A stretch of 64,000 bases of DNA from Patescibacteria group bacterium (GTDB lineage Bacteria; Patescibacteriota; Patescibacteriia; Patescibacteriales; UBA12465): contig JBMNOL010000004.1 of NCBI GenBank assembly GCA_050943055.1, positions 3,262 to 67,261 of the forward strand, in the 5' to 3' direction. Below, piece after piece: positions 38,588 to 47,806 of this stretch (position 1 is the first letter of the stretch; each line of letters starts with the position of its first letter). The notes beneath the pieces were generated by a model. It had not been told where the DNA came from. It worked only from the letters and a program-made list of their open reading frames with translations, and ran no database searches. The position numbers were made by a program, and so were the translations under genes.

Positions 38588-39265
38588 ATGAGTCGAGACT
38601 CATCTCTAGGCCCCGTTTCTTCTCTGTCGTCTCGTCGCAAGAAGGCGGTTTTTAGTTTATCTTTTTTAGCAGTCGCTATTTTAGCGGTTTGGGTTTGGCA
38701 GTTTAATTCTCGTTTAACCCAGCCTTTTGCGCCTAGTAAGGAAGAAATGGCGCTCGCTCAGCAAGCAGCCAAAGAGCAAGAGGCGGCGGCTTTAGCCGAA
38801 AGAACTAAAGACACTGATGGCGACGGCCTAACTGATTGGGATGAAATTAATATTTATAAAACTTCTCCTTATTTAGTAGATACCGATGGCGATGGTCTCT
38901 CTGATTTTGATGAGGTTAGAAAAGGAGCTGATCCTCTCTGCGCGGAAGGGGCAAATTGTGGTTTGTTGGCCACCAATCCAGAAAGCATCATTACACCAGA
39001 AATAGAGACAACTGACACCACGCCAGCCAGTCTTATTGATCAAGAATTATTAATTTTAGCTTTGTCGGGAGAAGGGGATGCTGATACTATTCGTCAAATT
39101 TTACTTCAAGGTGGCGCTAACCCTGAGCAAGTAGAACTTTTAAGTGATGAGGATTTACTCTCAATGTATGAAGAAATACTGGCGGCGCAACTTCCCGAGG
39201 TTTCAATTAACAGTGAGGAGGCAGAATTAGGTGATTCATCAGAATTAGCTCCGCCGGAGGAGTAA
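38588..39265 (+). CDS. Membrane-anchored protein with two thrombospondin type-3-like Ca-binding repeats and an acidic C-terminus
   Basis: TM helix VFSLSFLAVAILAVWVW. DTDGDGLTDWDE (nt 38810-38845) and DTDGDGLSDFDE (nt 38879-38914) match the DxDxDGxxDxxE repeat. The C-terminal half is Glu/Asp-rich. Confidence 0.65.
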   Translation: MSRDSSLGPVSSLSSRRKKAVFSLSFLAVAILAVWVWQFNSRLTQPFAPSKEEMALAQQAAKEQEAAALAERTKDTDGDGLTDWDEINIYKTSPYLVDTDGDGLSDFDEVRKGADPLCAEGANCGLLATNPESIITPEIETTDTTPASLIDQELLILALSGEGDADTIRQILLQGGANPEQVELLSDEDLLSMYEEILAAQLPEVSINSEEAELGDSSELAPPEE

Positions 39266-39302
39266 TTTTTACTTTTTTAATTAGGCAATTTATTGCGATA
39301 AT

Positions 39303-42300
39303 ATGAAAAACTCATTGTCTTCAAAAATTAAAGCCGGCTCTTTGCTTTTACTGCTGCTGTCGGCTTTTTTTGTATTCAATTTAAATTTGCAGCCTGCCCA
39401 GGCGGTGCCGACCGTCACCGCTGAGGTTTCCTCTATTCCTCAAATACTGGCTGATACAAAATTAACCCTTAAAGAAAAATTGGCTAAAATTTGGAAGACT
39501 TTTGGTGCTAATTTAATTGGTACAACCGTACGCAATACTTTAAATCGGGTTGCCATTGATGCCGCTAAATATGTTGCTTCCGCTGGAGAGGGGCAAAAAC
39601 CAACTTATGTTGTTGAAGACTTTAGTGAGTATTGGAAAAATATTGGCGATGCCGCGGCTGGTGATTTTATTGATGGCTTAGGCCAGGCCTGGGAGGCGGA
39701 TCTTTGCCAGCCACCATCACCGAATATTCAGGCCAAAATTGGTTTAGGTTTAGTGCAGACTCTTTATCCCGATAAACCCGATTGTACTTTAAGTAATTTA
39801 GTTAATAATTACAGCTCGGCTTATGAAAAGTTAGCGGCGATGGAGAGCGGTGATTATTTAAAAGGTATTAAGGCTTCTTTTGATCCGGGCGGTAGTGAAC
39901 TATCAGCCGCTTTCACTCTTTTTGGGCGCGTTCAAGAGGTGAGTACTAAGGCGGAAGAAGATGAAAAAGATAAAAACACCATTACTCAGGGCTGGCTAGA
40001 TGTCAGAAATATTGCCGGTAAACTAGAAAGCGCTCCCGGCCAGGCCAGAGATGATTTAGAAGGAGCAAAAGATCTCCAACGGGAGAACCTTCTTAAAACT
40101 ACTGGTGATGCTTTGGTTGATGCGACCAATATTTTTCTAAACCAACTCGCCTATGAATCTTTTCAGCGAGTAATGCGAGAAATTAATAAAGGCAAAAGTA
40201 CCAGTCAGCCTTTAGATATTAGTCGATTTGATGATTTAAGAAGCAGCGGATTTGAATCTCTCGTGCAGTATGGCGAAACAATCGTTAGCGAAAAACTATC
40301 GAGCGTGGTCAAGCCTCGTTTTGATGTCCGTGGTGACTATAGTATTTTAGGAGAGTTGGTTGCTTGTCCAGATTTAAGTAATCCCGGACCTAACAACTGT
40401 GTGATTGATGATAAGTTTTCACAAGCCATTGCCAATAAATTAACTGTGGGGGAGGCTTTAAAAGAAGGGTACTTGCATGGAGACTGGCAAATTAGCGGCG
40501 ATCCTAAATCGGAAAGTACTTATAATACTCGCAGTGCTAGTATTTTACGAAAATATCGCATTGTCCCTATTACTTGGGAAGAGGCTTTTAATTATGTCGC
40601 TGAAAATAATGTTAAGGCTACTTTTCAAGATTTGGTTTCTTGTTTTGACGGTAGCGATGATTATAACCAGTTCTCCTCCGACTTTACCGATCGCAATGCC
40701 TCTTGGTGTCAAGGGAAAATTGACCCTAATTGGGTGCTTAAAGCCCCGCTTAATTATTGTGCCAAAGAAGGGGCCGGCAGTCAGATTCTTAGCAGTTATG
40801 TCAGCCCAGAGGTGGAAGGTGTATCATCGTTAATGATTTCTCGAGCTACTGATTACTGTGCGGATAACCAGACTTGTATTAAGGAAAAAGTAGATGGCTC
40901 GTGTGAATTATACGGGTACTGTAATGAAGAGCGGCGGACCTGGCGCTTTAACACTGATACTTGCGAACCCGTTTTTAATACCTGCCAAACCTTTACTAAT
41001 GCGACCGATAATCAAGCTCTGTCTTTTTTGGAGAATACTTTAGACTATAGTACTTGTGACGCCAATAATGTTGGTTGTCGCGAATATTATGCTCAGGGTT
41101 CTTATAATCCAACCAACGGTTCTTTTACTTGGGATAAGAATTATCCATTATTTCTAAATAATCGCGCTCCATCTTGTGAGGCGAGCGACGAGGGCTGCAC
41201 TCAATTTTTACGGGGTAAACCAGGCTGGGATGAGGTTAATTATGTCATGGATGGCGGCTTCTTATTGAATCAGGTGGGTGACACCAATAGTATTGTGAAC
41301 TGGCATTGGCCGCTTGAAGGAGCGTCTGTTGCTGGCGAAATTGTTAATGACGGCGGCAAAGCTTTGCAGGTTAGTGGCGGCAACGGTGTTATGCTTTATT
41401 CTGATGAAAAAGGTAGTGTGTTGCCTAAAAATATGACGGCGATTAGTAATTGGTCTTATACTCTTTCTGCGGATGTGAAAATTATTTCTGGAGATAAGTT
41501 GGTGTTGACTTTTGGCGGGCCAATTAAACAGGTGGAAACTAGTAGTCGTGATTGGGTGCGTCTTTCTATTACCCAAGAAAAGACAACGACGCTTAACTTC
41601 TATTTAACTGGTTATGGCAGTAATGTTAAATTTTTAGTCCGCAACTTAAAACTAACTCCTAATGGTCGTCAGACGGCTTTTAGTTATTATGGTAAATATC
41701 CAATTTATCAAAAACTATTACCAAACTATTTAGAATCACTTTGTTACACCTCTTCGGCTACTGGCAACTACACTTTAAAAGAAGGCGCGCCCGCAGTCTG
41801 TTCTGATTATGCCCGTAAATGTAACAAGGAAGACGTCGGCTGCGAATTTTTCCGTTCAGTCGGCGATAATTTTGAAGTAGCCGCTAAGGCTAACGAAAGT
41901 GATTATTGCGATTCGCAATGTGATGGTTACGATGTTTACATTGCTAAAGAGTCAAGTATTTTTTCTGCCAGTGCCGATAATGTTATCCCTGAATTAATGA
42001 CTGCTTGTGCCGCTTCTGAAGCCGGTTGTGCCAGCTTTACCAATCTTGATAAGGTGGAACAGGGTGGCGAAGGAATTGAGTATTATTCTCAACTTAAACA
42101 ATGTGTGAAGCCTCAAGAAGCTTCTTGTGGCGATTTCTATTCTTGGGATAATTCTCAGCTGGTGGTGATGTCTTTGCGACAGAATCCTAATGGTCTTCCT
42201 TACCTAATTGATTCCGACACTAGCGCTGATTGTAGTAAAGACATCTATAATTTGCCTCCTTCTGATCCTCGTTATAATCCTGATTGCCGAGAATTTTACA

Positions 42301-45300
42301 GTAAAGATGGGCGGATTACTTATCATCTAATTTCGGAAACAGTCACTTGTTCCAATAACTGTAACTCTTATCGTTTAAATACAAAAAATTACGACTCCAC
42401 TTTAAAGCAGTCAGAGTGTACCGGGGTCGATAAAAGTTGGGATGATTTTATTCGATCTTGCCAGGTTTGTAAAAATGGTGGACTTTGGGATCCGCAGCAA
42501 AAAGCCTGTGTTTACAAAGCAATTCCTCAAGAAGGAAAAACCTGTGGGGCGGCCAGTGTTGGTTGCCGAGAATATAATGGTAAGAAGGGGAATGCTTTGA
42601 GAATGGCTGAAACTTATACTTTTGAGGGTCAAACAGGGTTTAGCGGCGGTACGCTCAATTCAGATTCTATTTTTAAGGAAGGGCAATCACTGGCTGTCAG
42701 TGGTACCGCCTTTACTGATGCGGAAAATTATGCCAAAGAGGGTGCGGCTTATACTTTAAAATTCTTAGCCAAACCTCTAAATGCTGGTGCTAGTCTTCGC
42801 TTCTCTTTTGTAAATGCCGATAATGAGGTAGCGGTTTTTGGAGTAACACCAACTAATGATAGTGGCGATCTTAAATTAAACGGCGGCTGGCAAACTTATG
42901 AGTTGAGCTTAGGCGCCCTTGATCATCGTCCCGGGACGGAACGCTTGCGAGTGGAAACTACTGGTGGAGTTCTCTTGGATAATTTAGTTGTTAGCGAAAT
43001 TACTGATCGTTATTATTTAGTAAAGGGGTCAAGCGCTATTCCTGATGTTTGCTCTTATGACATCAATGATGTTTATCGGGGGCCAAATTATAATCTAGGT
43101 TGTGCCGGTTATGCGGATCGTTCCGGTGGTCTTCATTATTTACGCCAATTTAGTGAGCTTTGCCGGGACTCAGCCGTGGGTTGTGAACTCTTAGTTCAAA
43201 CTAATAATAATTCCAATTTCTTTAGCTTTACTTATAACCAAAAACCTAAAGATAGTAATTGGACTTCAGCTTGCGAAGAGGGGGCACCCGGCTGTCACTT
43301 GGTTCCAGGCAATGAGGCGGTTTATATGATTTTTGATCAGAGTAAGCAATGCAATCAAGCGGCTACTGGCTGTACTCGCCTCGGCACTATTCAAAATACA
43401 CTCGGAGTTTCTTCTTGGGGGCAAACCTTTAAGCGACTGCAGCCCGATTTGTATCGCGATAAAAACCGTAGCCCTCTTTGTCAGGTTAATGAGGTAGGTT
43501 GTGACGCTTGGCTTTACGAAAATGGTTCCGCTAGTTATTTCAAAAATCCAGGCACCAATACTTGTTTTTACCGCAATGGTAAATGGCTGCAAACTCCAGT
43601 TAAACGTTGCGATGCTAATAATAATGGTCAAATTGATAAAAATGAAAATACGGGAGTAGTTTGTGTTTCTAATGCCGACTGCGGCGGCTCCCAATGCTTA
43701 ACCGACGAAAATGATTATGAATGCTTGGTTGATTATGGTCGCACCTTAGGTCTAAATGGTAATTTAGTGCCCTCGCCGCGAAATAAAGTTGGTTTATGCT
43801 CGGCGGAAGCCTCAGGATGTACCGAATATATTGATCCGCTGAGCGAGCATGCGAGCAATTTACTTTATAATCCTACTGGCGGCAAAGTTGACGGCAACGA
43901 TCGTGATGGTTGGAGCTCAGGTTATCAAGAGGTAACCTTGAAGGCTAACCGCCTCTACACTATTTCTACAGACGGTAGTGTTTCGGGACTGCGGGTTGTG
44001 ATTGTGAGTGAAGGAGATGAGGAAAATGAGCTCCGGCCGCTTGATCAGCAAAACTTTTTAAGTGCTCCGACGAGAGAAATTGTTGTGTCAAATAATCAGG
44101 CCTTGTTCTATGTCCAGAATTTAATAAGTCCGGGTGGTTCAGTTCGCGTTCGTATTTATCGAAGTAGTTATGGGGCCTCGGTTTATTTACGGGAGGCGAT
44201 AATTAATTACCAGTTAAAAGCTCAATTAGATTTACAATCTTGTAATGGTCTTGTTGATGTCGATAATGGCTGTGTCCTCTTTAATGAGCGCAGTCAATCG
44301 GGAGCCAATGGCTTAAGAACGAATATTTATAGCGCTTTAGGAACCAAGAAGGGGCAAGCGCCGGCTTCCTGCTCCGGTAATGACTGTACCGCCAACCAGA
44401 TAATTAAAGTTGAGCCGGATCGGGTTTGCTCTAATTGGCTTTCTTGCCAAACCTATGTTGAAGATCCGGAAACAGGCGAGAGAACCTGTTATAAGATCGG
44501 CGAGTGTAATGAACTAGACGATAAAAATGAATGCTCTAGTTTTATCTCTCACACCAATTCAAATCGTGATCCAATGGATCCTAATAATAAAAATACTACT
44601 GGCTACGCCTTGTTGGATAATTATTATCTGGGGCAGATGAAAGAGGTGGGTGGTCACGCTGAAGCAACTTTCACTTTTGAGACTAACGCTTATAGTCTTT
44701 CCTGTCGTCGCGATATTGATGTCTCTAGCAGCTCCAAGTTATGGGCAGAAAGATCTCGTCCCTGTGTCTTTGATAAGGGAATTAGTGGTGATAGTTTAGT
44801 ATTAAGTCCGGATCAGGCCACCACCGACTATCCCGCTGAAGGTGTTGGTTATTTAAAAGTTTTAAACTATTATCAGATTTCTCCACATGCCGAAAACTCA
44901 CCCATCAGCGTCTCTAAGGGGAAAACTTACTTTATTAATTATTTAGTAAACACCAAAAACTCTAATGCCAGCGCCAAGTTAATCATTACTGATGATAAAA
45001 ATCAGGTTATTGCGACCTTTGTTGACCGGGCGGCCGAAGGCTGGGAAAGGAAGATTAAAAAATTTACGGCTCCTAGCTCTGGGCTGATTAAGATTTTCTT
45101 AACTTCAGACGCTGATAATTTAGCTCAAGGTTATGTTTATTTTGATGATATTTATATAGAACCGGTTTTACAGGTTGGTGATAATAAGTATATTGCTAAA
45201 GAGTGTCGTTTATATCCTGAGGGTGATAGTCTTTCTTGTCTATCAGTAAATAACAATGTTATCAAAGATGGTCTCTATGGTTATTGCTTAGAGCGCGATC

Positions 45301-47012
45301 CGGCCAACCCCAAAGTTTGCCAGCTTTGGTATCCAGTTGATCAGATTTCTCCGGTGGCCCGTGTTTATCAATCAGAGCTTGGTTATAACGGTAAATTCCC
45401 GCTCTACTATTGCACGGAAGTGGATGGAAATTTTTCTTTAGTTGAAAAAAGAGTGGGTAAATTCCATGCCTTTGGGGCTCGCGAAAACTACAGTGAATCT
45501 TGGCTTTATAAAGAATTAGGTTTTAGCGACGGAAAACCAAGTCTGCGAAAATGTAATAGCGCGGAGATAGTTAATGGCACTGACGGTTGCTTGTGTTCAA
45601 ATTCGGCCAGCGTTAATACAACTGCTTGCGGTGATGGATATACTGCCGTTTTTGCTGAAGCTTCCGGTAAATCATCGGGGCTCGATAGCGATTACATGGT
45701 CTTCATTTATTGCATTCCCAAGCAGTCAGAGCTAAAGATAAAAACTGAGCGTAAGCTGGTTAACACTCTTAGTTATTTAGTATATTCCGGCAGTTCTGCT
45801 AATTGTGACTTTGAATATTATGATGGCTGGGCACCCTATAATGATCTTTATAACAAGCCTTTTGTCTACGCAAGAGATCCCAGCACTGACGAGCAAAGCG
45901 AGTTTGATACCAATAATTTAGAAAATATTAATGAGAGTAAAAATGCAGAAGGGACAGAATTTAGTTCAATTATGGTTTTACCCTCCGGGCAAAGCGCGGA
46001 AGGCGCTCTAAAGCATGTGGCTAATAGTAACAATACTATTGACTCCTTTAAGATAACTTGCAATAAATTTTCTCAATTCGCTGGTGATCAAGGAGAGTCC
46101 GTTTCCTGGACTAATCGGATTAGTCGCAATACTCACTTTTCCGAAACGACCCCAACCTTTTTCTCTTCTATTTATAATTCCTTTGGACGCAATCGGGCCG
46201 ATGTTCCTTTTGGGTCAGCCGTACTTCCAGATGACTTTACTTTTGAGAAGAATGGAGCTGTTTATTTGCGTAATCAGTATTCACAAAAGAATAATGAAAC
46301 TATCTTTGCTGGCCGCCCTTATGGCTGTACCGGTTCCGGCTGTGCCAATATCGGTTATTGTGAATTAGACCCCAATGTTTATTGCTTGTACAAGAGTGGT
46401 GATACAGAATTTAACAAACTTACTTGTGCGGCCCGAGGAGGAGGAGCCTGTAAGCCTCTTTGGGGCTCTATTCCTAGCGAAGCGACAGCCATGACCCAAT
46501 TAAATAATTTATTTGTTAATCGCTATAACAACTGGATTTATAATAAAGCTAGCGATTCATACACGCTTAACAATTCGGGGGCGGCGTCTTTCGTTTTCGC
46601 TCGTCAAATGTCACCGATCGCTTACACCGATAATCATCCCAATAACCTTAGCCAAAAAGTTAAACCTAGTATTAACAATGTTAAACTTTCAGGTGTTAGC
46701 GGTGATAATATCTCTGTGAGCGGTGGGCGCTTAAATGTGGCTACGGGGCTTTATCGCCTCAATCTCAATACTAAAGTAAACTTAGAACAGCAGCCTCTAA
46801 AGAGAATTACAATTGATTGGGGAGATGGCACGGTTCAAACAGTCGGCGGTTTAGACTACAAGCCAGATCCTAATATTCCTCACACTTTCTACCATTATTA
46901 TTTAAAAAATAATTATCAAATAAAGATTAAAGCTGAGGATAATTGGGGGGCGTGGCAGTGTCTGGAAAGCAGCGGTTCCGGTTGGTCGGAAAACAGTAAT
47001 TGTGACCTCTAG
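39303..47012 (+). CDS. Giant (2569 aa) secreted cysteine-rich modular surface/adhesin-like protein
   Basis: Single uninterrupted ORF. Signal peptide MKNSLSSKIKAGSLLLLLLSAFFVFNLNLQPAQA (nt 39303-39404). A low-Cys N-terminal region of about 330 aa is followed by long Cys-rich stretches with a recurring C-x5-GC motif. Four beta-sandwich/CBM-like modules lie at approximately 41223-41660, 42609-43003, 43860-44215 and 44661-45164. The C-terminal segment is PKD-like: ITIDWGDGTVQTV...HTFYHYY...YQIKIKAEDNWG (about 46803-46965). No sortase or TM anchor. Confidence 0.85.
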   Translation: MKNSLSSKIKAGSLLLLLLSAFFVFNLNLQPAQAVPTVTAEVSSIPQILADTKLTLKEKLAKIWKTFGANLIGTTVRNTLNRVAIDAAKYVASAGEGQKPTYVVEDFSEYWKNIGDAAAGDFIDGLGQAWEADLCQPPSPNIQAKIGLGLVQTLYPDKPDCTLSNLVNNYSSAYEKLAAMESGDYLKGIKASFDPGGSELSAAFTLFGRVQEVSTKAEEDEKDKNTITQGWLDVRNIAGKLESAPGQARDDLEGAKDLQRENLLKTTGDALVDATNIFLNQLAYESFQRVMREINKGKSTSQPLDISRFDDLRSSGFESLVQYGETIVSEKLSSVVKPRFDVRGDYSILGELVACPDLSNPGPNNCVIDDKFSQAIANKLTVGEALKEGYLHGDWQISGDPKSESTYNTRSASILRKYRIVPITWEEAFNYVAENNVKATFQDLVSCFDGSDDYNQFSSDFTDRNASWCQGKIDPNWVLKAPLNYCAKEGAGSQILSSYVSPEVEGVSSLMISRATDYCADNQTCIKEKVDGSCELYGYCNEERRTWRFNTDTCEPVFNTCQTFTNATDNQALSFLENTLDYSTCDANNVGCREYYAQGSYNPTNGSFTWDKNYPLFLNNRAPSCEASDEGCTQFLRGKPGWDEVNYVMDGGFLLNQVGDTNSIVNWHWPLEGASVAGEIVNDGGKALQVSGGNGVMLYSDEKGSVLPKNMTAISNWSYTLSADVKIISGDKLVLTFGGPIKQVETSSRDWVRLSITQEKTTTLNFYLTGYGSNVKFLVRNLKLTPNGRQTAFSYYGKYPIYQKLLPNYLESLCYTSSATGNYTLKEGAPAVCSDYARKCNKEDVGCEFFRSVGDNFEVAAKANESDYCDSQCDGYDVYIAKESSIFSASADNVIPELMTACAASEAGCASFTNLDKVEQGGEGIEYYSQLKQCVKPQEASCGDFYSWDNSQLVVMSLRQNPNGLPYLIDSDTSADCSKDIYNLPPSDPRYNPDCREFYSKDGRITYHLISETVTCSNNCNSYRLNTKNYDSTLKQSECTGVDKSWDDFIRSCQVCKNGGLWDPQQKACVYKAIPQEGKTCGAASVGCREYNGKKGNALRMAETYTFEGQTGFSGGTLNSDSIFKEGQSLAVSGTAFTDAENYAKEGAAYTLKFLAKPLNAGASLRFSFVNADNEVAVFGVTPTNDSGDLKLNGGWQTYELSLGALDHRPGTERLRVETTGGVLLDNLVVSEITDRYYLVKGSSAIPDVCSYDINDVYRGPNYNLGCAGYADRSGGLHYLRQFSELCRDSAVGCELLVQTNNNSNFFSFTYNQKPKDSNWTSACEEGAPGCHLVPGNEAVYMIFDQSKQCNQAATGCTRLGTIQNTLGVSSWGQTFKRLQPDLYRDKNRSPLCQVNEVGCDAWLYENGSASYFKNPGTNTCFYRNGKWLQTPVKRCDANNNGQIDKNENTGVVCVSNADCGGSQCLTDENDYECLVDYGRTLGLNGNLVPSPRNKVGLCSAEASGCTEYIDPLSEHASNLLYNPTGGKVDGNDRDGWSSGYQEVTLKANRLYTISTDGSVSGLRVVIVSEGDEENELRPLDQQNFLSAPTREIVVSNNQALFYVQNLISPGGSVRVRIYRSSYGASVYLREAIINYQLKAQLDLQSCNGLVDVDNGCVLFNERSQSGANGLRTNIYSALGTKKGQAPASCSGNDCTANQIIKVEPDRVCSNWLSCQTYVEDPETGERTCYKIGECNELDDKNECSSFISHTNSNRDPMDPNNKNTTGYALLDNYYLGQMKEVGGHAEATFTFETNAYSLSCRRDIDVSSSSKLWAERSRPCVFDKGISGDSLVLSPDQATTDYPAEGVGYLKVLNYYQISPHAENSPISVSKGKTYFINYLVNTKNSNASAKLIITDDKNQVIATFVDRAAEGWERKIKKFTAPSSGLIKIFLTSDADNLAQGYVYFDDIYIEPVLQVGDNKYIAKECRLYPEGDSLSCLSVNNNVIKDGLYGYCLERDPANPKVCQLWYPVDQISPVARVYQSELGYNGKFPLYYCTEVDGNFSLVEKRVGKFHAFGARENYSESWLYKELGFSDGKPSLRKCNSAEIVNGTDGCLCSNSASVNTTACGDGYTAVFAEASGKSSGLDSDYMVFIYCIPKQSELKIKTERKLVNTLSYLVYSGSSANCDFEYYDGWAPYNDLYNKPFVYARDPSTDEQSEFDTNNLENINESKNAEGTEFSSIMVLPSGQSAEGALKHVANSNNTIDSFKITCNKFSQFAGDQGESVSWTNRISRNTHFSETTPTFFSSIYNSFGRNRADVPFGSAVLPDDFTFEKNGAVYLRNQYSQKNNETIFAGRPYGCTGSGCANIGYCELDPNVYCLYKSGDTEFNKLTCAARGGGACKPLWGSIPSEATAMTQLNNLFVNRYNNWIYNKASDSYTLNNSGAASFVFARQMSPIAYTDNHPNNLSQKVKPSINNVKLSGVSGDNISVSGGRLNVATGLYRLNLNTKVNLEQQPLKRITIDWGDGTVQTVGGLDYKPDPNIPHTFYHYYLKNNYQIKIKAEDNWGAWQCLESSGSGWSENSNCDL
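41055..43832 (+). repeat. Protein-level repeat: 10 dispersed copies of C-x5-G-C-x2-[YFLWV/T/G] inside the giant ORF
   Basis: All copies are in frame. CDANNVGCREYY 41055; CEASDEGCTQFL 41175; CNKEDVGCEFF 41820; CAASEAGCASFT 42006; CGAASVGCREYN 42543; CRDSAVGCELLV 43161; CEEGAPGCHLVP 43272; CNQAATGCTRLG 43350; CQVNEVGCDAWL 43479; CSAEASGCTEYI 43797. Confidence 0.8.
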
Positions 47013-47031
47013 TTTATTTACTAAGGAGCTC

Positions 47032-47064
47032 TCTAGCGAGAGCTCCTTTTTATTTATAATCAAT
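47032..47064 (+). terminator. Intrinsic terminator after the giant gene
   Basis: aaggagctctc-tagc-gagagctcctt is an 11-bp perfect stem followed by ttttattt. Confidence 0.85.
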
Positions 47065-47162
47065 GTTTTTATTTAAGAAAATTATAGTTTTTTAGTTTTG
47101 CCAAAGAGCCATTTTTATAGTAAAATTGAAAAGTAATCATTGTTAAATTTAATCACGGTTTG

Positions 47163-47171
47163 TGGTATAAT
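47163..47171 (+). promoter_or_regulatory. Extended -10 element (TGgTATAAT) ahead of the T4SS-like operon
   Basis: tgtggtataat places the TATAAT hexamer at 47166-47171, 17 nt before the ATG at 47189. A second weaker candidate, TTGCCA-17-TAAAAT, is at 47098-47126. Confidence 0.45.
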
Positions 47172-47188
47172 TTGATTGACTTAAGTTT

Positions 47189-47788
47189 ATGGGTGTTGAC
47201 GAAAAACTGTTGAATATTAACAGCGAAGCGGCGGAAAAAGCCGGAAGTCTACAGGCTGCTAAAAGAGAGACAAACTTAGGTGCTGCTTTGCCAGAAAGTG
47301 CCAGTTTGAGTTTACGCGAACAGGTTCAACTTAGTCGTCAAGAAGAGTTGCAGGCGACCGAAGAGCAAGAAAAAAATAAACCCTCAGAAACTAATCCCGT
47401 TCGACTCGCGACCGACTCCTTGCTAAAAGGGGCTTGGGCCAATTTAATTACCAGCTGGGGGTTAACGCTTTTGTATATTGATCTTCATGTTTTTTTAAAT
47501 AAAGTTTTAGGAGATAAATTTTTTGGTCCTTTGGGTGAAGAGTGGGTTCCGGCCAAAATAAAACATTTAGGCGGCACGGAAGTTAAAGAAGCTTCTGGAG
47601 GCCTAAAAATTACCGAGACTGCTGGTTGTGCTCTTCTTAATTTATTAGTGCTAGCGATTATTATTGGCATACTTGCTTTAGTTTCTTTAATCTATTCCTT
47701 TATTTCTGACCCGGTGGGAACATTCTGGGAAATGTTGACCGATTGGGTTTCTAAAAATCTCCCCGGTTTCGCTGCGATATTTAAATAG
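47189..47788 (+). CDS. Hypothetical membrane protein, first gene of the T4SS-like operon
   Basis: 199 aa. Hydrophilic Glu/Gln-rich N-terminus, then two hydrophobic segments (WANLITSWGLTLLYIDLHVFL; CALLNLLVLAIIIGILALVSLIYSFI). No family recognised. Confidence 0.55.
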   Translation: MGVDEKLLNINSEAAEKAGSLQAAKRETNLGAALPESASLSLREQVQLSRQEELQATEEQEKNKPSETNPVRLATDSLLKGAWANLITSWGLTLLYIDLHVFLNKVLGDKFFGPLGEEWVPAKIKHLGGTEVKEASGGLKITETAGCALLNLLVLAIIIGILALVSLIYSFISDPVGTFWEMLTDWVSKNLPGFAAIFK

Positions 47789-47806
47789 TGAAAATTACTA
47801 GCGGTC

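Noticed and set aside
39297-39302. gataat hexamer directly abutting the giant-gene ATG as a -10 promoter element.
   Set aside because: It is too close to the ATG (0 nt) to direct a transcript containing the start codon. It more likely reflects the general A/T-rich start context.
40477-46719. Nine short ORFs on both strands inside the giant gene (e.g. 40477-40833, 41262-41576, 43266-43694, 46084-46368).
   Set aside because: All lie within one long, internally consistent reading frame with recognisable domain signatures. They are expected by-products of a 7.7-kb ORF.
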